NCBI RefSeq assembly: GCF_902652985.1
Contig: NC_047015.1
Span: 47,802,001 to 47,866,000, forward strand
Source: Pecten maximus
Taxonomy: Eukaryota
Direction: 5' to 3'
Length of the DNA stretch: 64,000 nucleotides
This document shows, piece by piece, positions 11,265 to 25,600 of the stretch. The position numbers and the translations under genes were made by a program. The notes beneath the pieces were generated by a model. It was not told where the DNA came from. It saw only the letters and a program-made list of their open reading frames with translations, and searched no databases. The stretch's first letter is position 1. Each line of letters starts with the position of its first letter.

Positions 11265-14200
11265 ATGGATCAAGATCGAAACAAAGCGAGCAAACCAGGT
11301 TTTTTTACTCCATACTCAACCGGTGATCCTACTCTAAATGTGCCAGGTAATATCTCAAACGAGAAATGTAGTTTGGTTTGATTAATCATAAATGTTGTAC
11401 TTCGTCTTTGAGCAATGTCACTCGGGACAGTGTATCGTTAGGTAATTGACGTTATTACATGTTAGCTATTTCATCATTCTTTAATCCAAAGTCTTATGAA
11501 TGAGATAAGTAAAGTAATGTTATCAATTTATCAATTATTTGAAGCGGATTCGACTGAAAGTGTTACTATTAAAAATGAATTTAAATGAGATGCTAAAAGA
11601 TCTGTTTATTGCCTGTGCTATCATGATCATGTTGTGACTACATTGCTGGAGTCTCAATAAGGGGCGGTAGGAGTAGGAATACTCTTCACAATGAAGTAGC
11701 TCGGCCACTAAACTTTAAACTGTTTTAAGTTCTGTATCAACGGCCATTGGTATACTATTTTAAACATTTCGAATGACAATGGTAAAGTTATTTTGGAATT
11801 GCATTGTTCCTTTAACTTTCTTTCCATCTGAAGGTGAAAATTCTTTGAGTACCTCTTCTACTCTCCCAACTAATTTTATATGAACAAACTAAAGCTTTGG
11901 TCTGGAATAATACTCTCTTAACTATTGGGTAGTTTATTTTTTATGAAACATAATAATGATTGTGATCTGTACCCAATTTAGTTAAAATGTGTGCCCGTGA
12001 TATATTTTTCATTTCACTGATTTTTATGGGAGTTGTGGTTCTTGTATATTGGTATCTTTATACAAGATGTTGACATTTAAAGGTTTCTACGTTTAATTAA
12101 CATTTAAACACATTCCAGGTAGTTTAATACATAATAATGTATGTTGACAGTTTGAAACTGATTTTAATTCTAACATCTTTCATTTCAGTTTCTGCAGGCC
12201 AAGCTGGGGTTATGTCCCCATATATGAACTTTGACCCCAGTTTCATTAAAACAGTAAGTAAGACAACATTGTGTTAAAGTTGTGATTTAAAATGACATAT
12301 ACTTATGAGTTTTGGTTAGCTTTTACTTGCTTTTAACAGTGCTGTACTGTTTTCTAATATTCTCCCAGTTCTACTAGCCAATTAATCAAGAAGATTGAAT
12401 TTATTAACATTCAGATAATTTCTCCAGCCTCCACAAGCTCAATTATTACAACACATCAGAATAATTGTTACAAGTGTTCCTCTCATTATAGTGTTATACT
12501 GTCACCTTCCAAACTTCTCTTGTTGGGGCCACAGTGGCATAGTGGTTAAGGTGTCGCGACACTTCATCACTAGCCCTCCATCTCTGGGTTGCGAGTTCGA
12601 ATCCCATGTGGGGAAGTTGCCAGGTACTGACCGTAGGCCGGTGGTTTTCTCCGGGTACTCCACCTCCAAAACCTGGCACGTCCTTAAATGACCCTGGCTG
12701 TTAATAGGACGTTAAACAAAATAAACCAAACCAAGCTTCTCACTACTGTCTAGGGGAGATTTCCCTTTAGTTTGATCAGTAAACTGGCATGTCCATTCCA
12801 TATGATTTTACATTTCTTACTTTCCTGTTAAAAAAATTTACCAATTGTGTTATTACGTATACCTTTATGTCTGTTAGAAACTGCATATGATGCTTAAGTA
12901 GTGTCAGTTTCTCTTGCTAAGATGACAAAATAAAACTGTCCTGAAAATGTAGGCCACTCGGAAATTTTACTCTAGAATAGTAGAATTGCATATGCCATGC
13001 TCAAACCTTGAGATTTCAGAACCGATATACTGTAGTTGTTAGGATACAAAGCTTTCTCTAATGTCATTCTTAATCTTCAATTATTGCAGGGAGAAGCAGA
13101 ATTTATATTCCCAGAAGGAGCCGACAAGCAAAGAGGTAGATTTGAAGTAGCCTTTTCACAAATAGGTGGTGCCGTTCTAGCTGGTAAGTTATTGTCTCAT
13201 TAAATTCAATCATTTTAGTGAGAACTACATGAAGATACATGTCTATTTGATATACATTGTATATTTCAAATCTTCAGATTTCTTGGGAACGGTACCTTGT
13301 TTTCTGAAGTCACTTAAATTCCAGGGTGAACTGAATGACCTGGCTTAGGAGTTGATATGAAAATGTATTTACTGTTACTGAGCAGAAGAATTCTTTATTA
13401 GTGTCAAGATCCTTTTAACATATAATCATTTTAAGATTTTGAATATGAAGAACAGTTACTACTCATAATAGACGCTATTAAAGGAAAGTCACAAACTTGC
13501 TGAGTTTTGGAAAAAGGTGCATTTTTTGTACCAAATTTCAAAAAAATGTATCACAACCGTTTAATCAAAATAGATGTCAGTTATATTTTAATTACTTTTA
13601 AATTAATAACATTACCAACAATACTGTTCATCTTGTACATTGATTAAGTAATATTGATTGTGCAGGTGGTTTATATGGAACATTGAATGCAACATATCTG
13701 TGGAAAAAGCATGGGCGAACTGATGTTACAGCCAGGATCAGATATACAGAGTAAGTAAAATGATGACTTTCCAGGAGGAGAGTTGCCAGGACTGTAGGCC
13801 GGTGGTTTTTCTCCGGGTACTCTGGCTTTCCTCCACCTCCAAAACCTGGCACGTCCTAACCTTAAATGACCCTGGCTGTTAATAGGACATTAAACAAAGA
13901 CAAACCAAACCAACCAAGAGGAGAGAAATTTTTGATTTATCTGTAATTTAATATCAAGGTTAACGTTCATACATGTACTAAAAAATTGCAACTTTCTCCT
14001 GATACAGACATCTTTGAACTCAAAACAGATTCCTTTTTTGTTCAGTTATATTGAATTGTTGATAAATATGAAGATGATTAATATTTGTTTCATTATAAGT
14101 TTCCTAAAACATTCTTTGAATGCCAGTTGTATGATTTGCAAGTTATTGGAATCTGAATTCTATTCACAGCTGGGCTAACACAGTTGGAAAGAGGGCAGCA

Positions 14201-16502
14201 TTTCATGGACAGGCATTGGGAACAATTGGTAAGGCACTTCAGCATACTTAAATTTAACTTTATACATCAGTTACTTTCTTTGTCACTGATCAATCGATCT
14301 CATCTATTATTCTAATCATATGACCGCCATTGTTGCTACTAAAGGGAACTTTGGCTCATTTAAGTGTTGTTCTGGTAATGGGGCTGCCTTGCAGGTTGAA
14401 ACATGTTAGCAACCAGCTGTAGGCGACGGTAGAATACCCACACACTCTACATACCGTATTCTAATCTACATTCTCTGCAATTCATTAAAACGATTAATTA
14501 GTAGTGGTGTAATGATTCACCTATGTATTGGATAGCAGTGTGGTGCATCAATGCATCGTCTATCCTTGATTTGTATCGCAATATTTGAATATGTATAATT
14601 ATATATGTAGTTATCTCCCTTGACCAACCTTAGCTTATGTTAGTAAACAACATGACTGACAAGGCCATTCTAGCGGCTTATAAAGCTGCATGTTGGCGTT
14701 CTTTCAAATCCAAATTATCTCAATTCAAGAACACTTTGTGGGACTTTAATATTCCGGAAATAGCCCAAACAAAACATGACTACTGTACGATGGAATATCA
14801 GATATCTGATATGTCATCAGCTTCTCATATATCGCGATACGAATTGTATCGCTACCCACCTTGCGATACACAGCTTTATTAATTGGTTTCTGACACAAAG
14901 GGAGATAATCATTTGACTGGAACAGTACAGCAACCAGCTGTAAACAAATTCTAACACAAAATGATCAATAATTTCTGCATGAGGGGATTTGTATTGTCTG
15001 AAATGTCTTCTTTTATTCAATCTGTTGAGTCTCAAACAGACCATTTTTCTCAAATGTTGAAAGAATCTGCCCTAAGAAATACCTGTGTTTCTGCTTACTC
15101 TACTGACCCTATACTATATTTTTGTGTCTACTCTGAAGTTTTTCTTTAGTTATTTTCAAGGAAGGACTATTTAAGTCAAGATTACCTCACTTTCCCTGTC
15201 TATGTAACCTATGTAAAACCCATAATAAGAAAATACCTATCCTATATTTTCTAGCATATTAAAGGAAACACATATATTATTTTTTTAGGCCCACGCAAAT
15301 TCATAAAAATTATTGTAAAAAAAATATTGACATACTGTGAAATATATTTTAAAGAAACATTGTAAACAATATCAATGAATACCTTGTAGATTAAAATTAC
15401 ACAATGCTCACATCTTTATTATACTTAATATGGAGTTTATTTGAGAGTAAAAGTATTTTTTAATGCATTTCAGCTGTACTGTACAGTATCATAGGAATAG
15501 TTGTAGCTAAAACAACAGGAGTGGAAGGAGAAGTCAACATCCTCTCATCTGCTACTGCAACAGGCGCTCTCTACAGAATGGCAGGTAGGTTCCATTTCAA
15601 GGAGAGATTTAGGTAGAAAAACCTTAGTTTTAGTATCTTAATCAGAAGCAAATGCTAATATGAACAGAACTATATCAAATTGAAGCCAAATGAGGAATAT
15701 TACTTTTTCTGAACAATGGATCTTTGATAGTTTTCAAAATACACTGTATACAAGGAATGAAAGCCTAATATCTGGTTTCACTGAAGTTGAATATAAGCTT
15801 TCACTGCAGTTGAATATAAGCTTTCACTGCAGTTAGATAATGATATTTTACTATAGTTGAATATCAAGGTTTCACTGCATTTAGATAATGATATTTTACT
15901 ATAGTTGAATATCAAGGTTTCACTGCATTTAGATAATGATATTTTACTATAGTTGAATATCAAGGTTTCACTGCATTTAGATAATGATATTTTACTATAG
16001 TTGAATATCAAGGTTTCACTGCAGTTAGATAATGATATTTTACTATAGTTGAATATCAAGGTTTCACTGCATTTAGATAATGATATTTTACTATAGTTGA
16101 ATATCAAGGTTTCACTGCAGTTCAATAACAGTATTGCACTATAATGGAATAATAAGGTTTGCTTTCACTGTAGTTGAATAAGAATGTTTCACTATGAGTT
16201 GAATTTTTAAACAAGGTTTCATTGCAGTTGAATAATGACATTTCAAACTAGTTGAATACTAAGGTATTCTTTCATTGTAGTTGAATAACAAGGTTATAAG
16301 AACGTTATTATTAGATGTTTTTTATGTGAAGTTTTTTTGGTAAGAAATTATACATATATTTCTGGTATATTAATCGGATGATGTTTATACTACAGATGGT
16401 CATAAAAAGCTGCTGAGGGGAGGAGCTATTGGTTTTGGACTTGCTTCTATTTTCTGTTTATGGAAAAATACAGACAAAATTCGCTACATGCTGGATGGAT
16501 GA
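11265..16502 (+). CDS. TIMM23: Mitochondrial import inner membrane translocase subunit Tim23 (7 exons, 200 aa)
   Basis: Exons 11265-11346, 12189-12253, 13090-13183, 13666-13750, 14170-14228, 15474-15584 and 16396-16502; all GT/AG, phases consistent, 603 nt. Motifs: MSPYMNFDP, EFIFPEGADKQRGRFEVAFSQIGG, GTIAVLYS, ATGALYR, RGGAIGFG. Confidence 0.95.
12525..12734 (+). mobile_element. Full-length tRNA-derived SINE with a V-SINE-like central domain
   Basis: A box tggcatagtgg, B box gttcgaatc, core ggttttctccgggtactcc, and an (aaacc)n tail. It lies in TIMM23 intron 2. Confidence 0.88.
13783..13917 (+). mobile_element. 5'-truncated copy of the same SINE with an 8-bp target site duplication
   Basis: Matches the 3' half of 12525-12734. 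gaggagag flanks both sides (13775-13782 and 13918-13925). Confidence 0.88.
15780..16295. repeat. 48-bp tandem repeat (two ~24-bp subunits) in TIMM23 intron 6
   Basis: ttcactgca recurs at 15871, 15919 and onward. There are ~6 near-perfect copies with degenerate flanks. It explains ORF 15778-16125. Confidence 0.93.
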
Positions 16503-17296
16503 GGTCTCAACTCTGGAAAAACATTATAATTAAGAAAATCTTTTGGAGAAACTGTGCACATTCTAGTTCATCAGTAGTATTGTGTGATTTAAACTTCAGC
16601 AATGGGTTTGTTTTCACAGTACTAGATTGTAATTTTTGAAATACTTTCGTAAAACATATCGTATGGAAGTGATCTTCAAATGACAGAAGAAAATCAAGAT
16701 AAAAGCCAAAGTATTTTGATATTTCTAATGGAGAATGATTTGTTTTACTCCAAACATCAAAATAACATGTGTAACAGCAAATTAAGCATATGTGTGATGA
16801 TGAAATTCCTAGTGAATGTGCAGACATTTCATTTTTCAGTGTCTATTACATACTGTAGGGAGTGATGATCTAGGTATAGTCACTCGATCATGTCTCGACC
16901 AAAAGACACTATTAAACTGTCTTGAATGAGTTGTGTACTGTACGGTGTGGTCTGTGAATGTGTAATACCAATTATATGTATGGTAATGTATGAGGTTTAG
17001 TGAGTGGACAATTAGCTGTACACTGATAGCGATTTGTGTGATAAAGAATGATTGTGTGAATGTTTAAGAGAGAAAGCATTGGTTGTACACAAAATGTATA
17101 TAGAATTTTATATGGTTTTTCTGAAGATTTGTCGTAATAAGTGAAGACTTGGTGTGCAAATTTCTTCTTGCTGTTCAGACTGGTTTGTAAAGCAGTCTTA
17201 CTTTTTGACATAATTACCAGGTACAGTCAAACATAAGTACCAGGTACATATATTTATAAGTAACAAAATGTTGTGTTTGGCTAATTTATGTTGGAT

Positions 17297-17637
17297 CTAA
17301 GCTCACCTGAAACAAGTACAGAATTGAGCTAACACTGTAGGGTAGTGTTGATCATCAGACAAAGTTTGCTTTAAGCAACTTCAAGATGGCCATCCAGAAT
17401 ACATCCCAATACAAATACATGTACAGGCTTGTTTTAGGTAAAATATGATCCTCGCTGTGTTATATATTTTAAATGTGTATCAAGTAATACAAAATAGCTT
17501 CATAGCCCTTTTGTTCTTCTGGGGAATGGATCAAATTTAATAATTTTTTCACGATTGATTTTATATCAAGGACATTAATATTGATGTCATCATGATCAGG
17601 CGAGTGAATTATGTAGGCCCTGTAGGCCTCTTGCTTT
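17297..17637 (+). mobile_element. Degenerate Helentron/HINE-like remnant in the TIMM23 3' region
   Basis: Starts taagctcacctg..gagcta and ends caggcgag..aggccctgtaggcctcttgctt, the same terminal layout as the HINEs at 36-41 kb. Confidence 0.5.
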
Positions 17638-18059
17638 GATCAACAAATTACAAATTTACTTAGAACTGGGGATCTTAATTCCTTGCATTTGTTCTTGATG
17701 ATGAATCTATCTCGTAGATAAAACTAGTTATATATTAAATAAATTGAAATAGGAGTTATATTGTCTGAATTTAATATTTATGTTGGTTTGAAATGTTCAC
17801 ATGTAATAAATTTACAGAGTGAATGTCTATAGTATACATGTATTTTGTTTTGTATTCAGTTCTTGTTAAAAGCCTAAAGGATGATCATTAAAGTTATTAA
17901 AACTGAAAAGTGAAATTATGTTAATGTGAAACTAAGGAATTTTACAAAAGCAGAGTTTCAACATTTCACATTAAGATTTGGGAAGGTGATGAACTTAAAA
18001 AATGGTGCAGCTATGCTCGGTGCGGTGTCTGCCATCAACTTTTCCTTTTAAACTTTATA

Positions 18060-18560
18060 ATAACAAAGTTGTCCCCATCAAGAGACCTGATGTTGGTTCA
18101 GTAACATACTGGAATAAACAAACTTTGACCCCTGTGATCTTGAATGTAGGCAAAGGTCATTAATTGGAACAAACATGGTCACTTTTCATCCCAGGACTTA
18201 CTGGTCTAATAGCATGACCCTTGAATTCTTAAGTTAATGAGAAGTTGTGTAAAGATTTTGAGATTGGACTCATATGACCTTCAAAACAGGTAAAGGTTAT
18301 TCATTTGAACAAATTTTGTAGCCCTTCATCTCAGCATGCTACTGGCCCATTATCAGGTCTCTTCACTTTTTGATAATTGACAAAAAGATATTTTAAAGAT
18401 TTGAGCACACTTGACCCCATGGACCTTGAATGTAGGTCAAGGTCATTATTTGAACAAACTTTGAAGCCCTTCAAACCAGCATGCTATAAGCCCAATATCT
18501 GCACCCTGGTCCTTTTGGTTACCGAAAAGGCAGGTGGGCTGATGACAAATGTTAAAGCAT
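18060..18560. mobile_element. Degenerate HINE-type element with ~120-bp internal repeats (gaccttgaatgtaggtcaaggtcatt..gaacaaac..agcccttcatc..agcatgcta)
   Basis: Same repeat unit as at 38770-39380, 40888-42440 and 55700-56700. Confidence 0.65.
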
Positions 18561-19685
18561 ATGGTATAAATATCCAATGTCTAGGAGTATAGGAAATATA
18601 CATATCCACACTGGTAGGTGTTGGCTCTGTTCCCTGACCTTTTCAGCGTCTATTAACGCTACATGATCTGATAGAGAACATTGGAAATACAATCAGCTTG
18701 CATTGGCTTATGACGACATTTGGGACATTCTGGAACCATGAAAAAGTCTTTGCTATTCCCGATTGCTAAGATATACCGAGTAGTGTGAAACCAATCTGGT
18801 TGTAGCTATATATATAGATAACTGTTATTTCTGAAATTTTGTTAATTTTGAAGTTGACTACTAGCCTGGCCATTGTCTTTCTGAATCATATTAACAACAA
18901 AACACCACACATCTTCTTACATGCTTTATTAAATAAACAAACCATTGAATCAGTTAAGAAATATTTTGTAGCTATATAGTTTGGATGTTTTACAGCCTAC
19001 TTGGTCACTCTCTATAAGCGTGCGAAATATAATTATGATCATTTCAGAAAGAAGTACATGTACTACTTTTAATTAAGGATTTTGGACAGTGCATCAGAAG
19101 GCATGAATAGTTTTCCAAAGAGAATGGTCTACAATTGGTTACTTAATAGTAAAATTTAAATTTACTTAACAATCTAAACCAAAATAAGGCCCTTGTACAT
19201 GTATGTAAACAACTTCAAATTGTACGAAAAATATCAATAGTAACTTGACACCTGCACTCTGCTGTCTTTGTCAACACAGTAAATCCAATAATTTAACATA
19301 ATATCACAGAAAGTTTAATACATGAGCTACTTATATTTGTCAAGAAGCATCTGCAATGTAAAACACATGTACAGTATAGCACATAAGACAATTTACATTA
19401 GAACATAATTTTATGTAAATATACTAGATTCTGTATAAAATACTATGTACAATAAAATTAACATTTTGACTATGATTTTATTTTACAAGCATTTTATTTA
19501 CAAATATTTACATTTTTCCACAAATAATTTGTAGGTATACACACTTATTCATGAATAATTTCAATTAAATGACTGATCTTGGAATTAGATAGGCAGTGTA
19601 TCTGAAGTAACACTTCCTAACACGTCATTCCTTTAAATAGTTGTATAATTTTGTACTTTTATGCGAATATGTCATTGTTCCCAGA

Positions 19686-22600
19686 CTATGTAGAGATTCT
19701 CGATTGTGCTGGGGGGTGTGGTACTATGGGTGGGAGTGGTGGTGAGTCCCGCATCACACGAAGAATTGGAGTTTGACGATCTAACAAGTCTGCTACCTCT
19801 AGGGAAGGTGCAGTGGTCCGAGTTGCTACTGGGCGTAATGACTGTTGGCTCTCGGTAAATTTATCAACCTTCCTTACATACTAGAAAAAACAAGAATGTC
19901 AGGTTCTTATTATATAGGCAGTACTTTATGATTTTGATCAAAACATTTAAAATTCTGCAAATTATAATCTTGTTGGCATCCATGGATGATCATTATATAA
20001 AAATAAACTTTCCATTCACCCTTGAACACTATACTTGCTTTAGCAAGCCTCGTTAGCATTCTAAAAAACTATGAGAATCAGTTGACTTCAACTGAAAAAT
20101 TTAAATAAGATATGTATAGTGTATGATTATAAGTGGACTCACCCGAGCAGGTCCTCTCCTCACTCGGCCTCCCTCACGCACCGTAACACCCGGGGATATC
20201 TCCATAGTCTCCGTCTGCAATGTCAAAATATTTTATGAGTGCCCTACTGACCTTAAAGTGTTAATGGGCCATTAAGAATTTATAACTAACTAACTCAACT
20301 AGTTATTGAATAATTTCATATATACATTGCGATTGTATAGTTTGAGTAACTTTCACTGATGTTATTAATATAAAAAGACAAATGTTGAAGTGAATCTAAA
20401 ATTTACATTAAAGTGAAAATTCTGAAATTTAAATTATAGTAATATCAAATCACTCATCTGATTTAAATTATTAAAGGTAAAGATTATAAGGAAATTCCCT
20501 TTGAAATTAAAGCATCTCATAGTTACTGTATCATACTAACCAGTGGAGGAGGCAGTGGTGTCTTCATATCCTTTTGGAAGCCATTCTCTAATTCTGGAAG
20601 ACAAAATATGTTGGATAATATTCTGGTTTTGATAGTGACCATGGGCACATTGATAGAAGTGAATATGCTTATAAATATATATTCCTGACGCGATCAAGTC
20701 TTTGCCACTTCAACCTAAGACATAAGACAGCTATATGCATGATGTCTTGTAAGTCAAGTTTATGCAGGCTCATTTATTAAGCATCATGAGCTTGTTTGTT
20801 TGACAGTTTGCCTGGTGAACAGACAGGGTCATTTTGAGGTTTGGTCACCTCATAGCTGTTTGTTGCCAACTCGCTGGATGAAATACATATTTGCAGTCCA
20901 TCTTATGATATTAAGAGCAAATTGGGTGAAGTGTTTTGCCCAGAAACAAAACTACCACAGTATATAGGACATGTGTGATCAATGATCTCAACTTGCTGTG
21001 AATCACAAACTTCCCTAGGTAGGGATAAAACCATACCCCTCAGATCTTAACTTAAGGAGGCATTGTGATATTTTGACTATTGTACCTAACATTATAAACC
21101 AGTAACAAGCCTCTAAATAAGATATATACTAGTGATGGGTTAAACAACTTCAATGTTTTAATATATAAGATTTATTTGCCTCAATACATTACATAATTGC
21201 TGTTATTGTAATTACATTTTTTGTAATTTGATATTTATTTGAAAACTTTACATTGATAATAGAGATTATAACCAAGCTGAAAAATTAACCATGTTTCATG
21301 TATTTAAATTGCTTATTGTTCAGATGGTTAAATTGCTGAATGTTTGAATCATTAGATCGCTTATTTTTCGGATAGTAATGTTGCTTATTGTTCAGATGGT
21401 TAAATTGCTTATTGTTCAGAAGGTTAAATTGCTGAATGTTTGAATGATTTGATTGCTTATTTTTCGGATAGTAATATTGCTTATTGTTCAGATGGTTACA
21501 TTGCTGAATGTCCTATCAGTATATTAAAATAATTTAATGACAGTGTCTTGACTGGAATGGGATCAACTGGAGGACTATTTTATAGTTCTATTTCCCTGAA
21601 ATATATCACAGGTACATTTAACTAAATCTCTCCTTGCTAAAAAAGACCTACTTCCTTATACCATACTAAACTCCATAAACTAACTAAACTAACCACACTT
21701 AATTCTAAACAAGCAATCCTAACCACATTAATCCCCACAAATAACCTGTCAAACCACACTTATACTCCAAACAAACTCTCCTAATCACACTTAACTCCAA
21801 ACTAACTCTCATAACTACACTTAACAATGCATCAAGTTCTCCCAATCCCACTGAACTCCAACAAGCTCTTCTAACAATATTTACTCTAACAAGCTCTACT
21901 AACAACACTAACTCTAACAAGCTCTTCTAACAACACTAACTCCAACAAGCTCTCCTACTCTCACTAAACACAAGCTGGCTCTCTTAACCAAACTGAACTC
22001 AACAAGCTCTTCTAACAATATTTACTCTACTAACCACACAACTCCCAACAAGCTCTTCTAACAATATTTACTCTACTAACCACACAACTCCCAACAAGCT
22101 CTTCTAACAATATTTACTCTACTAACCACACAACTCCCAACAAGCTCTTCTAACAATATTTACTCTACTAACCACACAACAACCTATCCTGACCACAAAG
22201 AACTCAAATAACCTCTCTTATCCACACAAAAAACAATATCTCCAAACCATATTTCCCCCAAAATTCTTATATATCTTTTCTACCAAATGCTTAAATACAA
22301 TCAAACAAATCTCACATTCTATTCAACAGGACAATGTACCAAGGCTTTTTGGTTTTAGATTACTGATTGGATAAATTAATATTCACAATTCTTTCAAAAT
22401 GAGTAGAATAAAGACATCAGTGCTGAATAACAAGGAAAAAAATCAAACAATGAAAAACAATTTCCAATCATTTTTTTATTTCATTGGAAGAGCACTTAAT
22501 TAATTTTTTCATAACCTCTCTATGTGCAATTACGTGATATCTTCACAATTGGAAGAATCTGAATGGTTTCTTCTCAGTATGCCTGGAGACAAATAGCTAT

Positions 22601-25600
22601 CTATGTTCTTCAGAAACAATGCAGTTCCATATTTAGTCAGATGAATACCATCTCTACTGTACAGTCCATTTCTCTGAAAGTTGTCCTTGTCAACAAACAC
22701 TCGGTAACTTGGAATGAATTGTATGTGATGTTCATTGCACATTTCCTGAAGAGATCTATTTGTGGGAATGACATCACAGTCTGTCCGTGGCGTGATGGCT
22801 ACATAAACAATCTGTATGTCTGGGTTTGATGACTGAATGTAAAATGTCAGCTGGGAAAAGTCATTCTTTATGTCCTGTTCACTATAGCCACTGGAGATGT
22901 CGTCTCCGCCTACATGTATAATTACACGGTGATAGTCGGTCAGTGGTGTTGTTTGCAGTCTCTCCCTGACAGTATTGATACTGGCTCCACGATATGTCCT
23001 GACATCCATGTTAAGTTGAAGTTTCTTCCTCTCTACTAGTCTGAGGATGGATGATCCTACAAGTAATGAACATTTACTTCTAGCTTCCACTCCCACATCC
23101 TCACATGAAGTTTTAGAGTTCATTGATTGTGAGATGACTGTGCATGTCACCACTGATGGAGGAGCAGAGGATGACAGAAATTTTCCTGATGGTTTAAATG
23201 TACAAATACTCTGTTTTCCATCCTTCTCGGTGACGACAGAACCCTGGGACACCACTTGTGCATAAGTCTTTAAGAGATTCTCACTAACATCTTTTCGCCC
23301 TTTCTCACTGGATTCAATTTGTCCCTTCTCACTAGATTCCATTTGCCCTTTCTCTCTATACTCTGTTTGTGTACTACAGTCAACCATTCGAGACTTTTCC
23401 TTTCGTACCATATTCATTTCATCTAATTTAGCATGCAGTTTTTTGACATCAGCTTGAAGGTCCATAATTATTGACACAAGAGAATGAATACTGTAGCTAT
23501 CACACACATGTATGCCTGCATGTCCTTGCAGCCCAGGAACAGTCTGACTATTAAATGTATGTATTGGGTGTTCTAGATCCTCGTCTAGCTTTACACCAGC
23601 ACCAGATGAAGTTCTTTCCCCTGTGAGATGGACTGTCTGACTAACAAAGGGGTTGGAAGTATAGTTTTGTCCATGGATGGATTCATTTGTGGATACAGCA
23701 CCACGGCTTTCTTTCACAGGGTTCTGACGCATTTCAATTGCGAGCAAATCTTCGTATCTCCATGCCCAGTACCTATTTCCTGTACCAAGATGGTTTTTGT
23801 GGTAGGAAAAAAACAGAACAATTGAATCAGTATTTATCCACTGTTTTCCTGCTTTAGAACGTTTTGAAAATAACTCTAAAGCAGGATTATGACCAACCAA
23901 AATATGAGTCTTAGCTTCCCTTTCCTGTGGCATCATGATGTCATACAACTGTTTCTATTATGACGTCACAATCAAAGTGGAAGTTGAGTCCAGTCAGAAT
24001 GTCACAAATTGCATTGAATAAATCAATATCTAAACTATTTTTAAGATATTCTATATCACTAAAAGTACAAATGTAAAGAAGGAATTTTAAACTTTGTCAA
24101 ATTTTCGTCACATAAATCTATCTTTTGATAATTATATTGAAGATACATTGCTGCCAGATTTGATATATATTTCTTCTGTTAACTGTGATATTATACATGT
24201 ATTATCTTTATATTTAAGAAAATACTTTCATGCAATGTTTATTTTGTAGAATAAATGGGAATATTTCTGATAGACAACACAGTCAAATTTTTCATATTCT
24301 TTTTTTTTTTATCATACGACTACTGTGTTTTTCTATCACGATACACCACCACATAAACTTTGATGTGTGATAACACTGTGACATTCTATTAGGCCTAAAC
24401 AACCTTAATTGGAAGTCAGTACAGTTATACCATGATGTCTGTCAAGAAAGAAGCATGCTGGACTCAATTTTCAGATTGGTCATTGTGGATTTTTGCTGGT
24501 AATGGTGTTTAAAATCAAATCAGTGTCATATGATAAAAAGAACTTCAAATGAGTTTGCATTATCATATAATATTGATGAACTTGTTAAGAATGTTTTTCA
24601 ATTTAGTTCGCTTAAGGTCATAAAATTAAAATAATTCTTAACTGGTTTTCATAAACACAATATGAAATGGAGACCCATTCAATATCCTCCTCTTTACAAT
24701 ATGGCACTTGCCAACTCTCTCATACAGTTACCTTCTTCTGGCTTGATCTCCTCTACTTTGTTGCGTTTGAGTCTGCGCTGGATGGCCCTACTCATGTAGC
24801 GACCGTGCCTCATGGCCTCCAGTCTGGCCTGGGCAGCCTCCACTGCAGGATCTACCACCTGATATTTCACTTTGACTCTGAAACATCAAGTGATCAATGT
24901 CATATACTCTGTCATTCCTCAGGAGACACGGACAATTATTTTACTATAAAAAAAAACATTTAAAAAGATATCCAAGGAAATTAAGAAATTATCTTAATAC
25001 TAGAGTAAAGCATGTTTACATAAGAATTTTTTTCTAGTGTTAGAAAAGTTGTATACCAATTTTTCACAAATAAATACCTGAAAACTATACTTAAACTACT
25101 CTTTCTGGTGTCAAAAAGTTTTACTGATGATTTATGTCAAATCTTAGGGGCAAAAATAAGGAGCTTCCCATCAAAACACTGGGAGAGTTAGCGAGTACAG
25201 AGATGCCTAGTATAAATAACAGCTAATTCAAATGTGAGATATCTGCAATGACTTATAGTTTACCTATGAGATGGCAGTTTTTCAGGATTTAGTTTGATGA
25301 CTGCCAGTACATTGCCCATATCATCATACATAACATCTTTGTTTCCTGGTGGTCGTCCAGCTTGGACCTGAAAACACAACAACATCTTATTAGCACACCA
25401 GATTTAAAGATTCCAAAAATTTATCACACTATCTATAATTAAGCAAAAGGAAAAATGTCAAAATTCTTCACATCCTTGATGTAAGTAGAGAAAGCAAACT
25501 ACATCCTGGTCACGGCACCAAAAATGTGAGGTAATATAAGAGAAAGCAAATAACATTATTCTAAATCTGTTCAGGACTGTGCAACTTCATGAAACACGAT

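Noticed and set aside
12525-12610. tRNA gene
   Set aside because: A and B boxes are followed by a SINE core and tail, and related copies exist; it is a SINE head.
15778-16125. 115-aa repeat ORF
   Set aside because: Translation of the 48-bp intronic tandem repeat.
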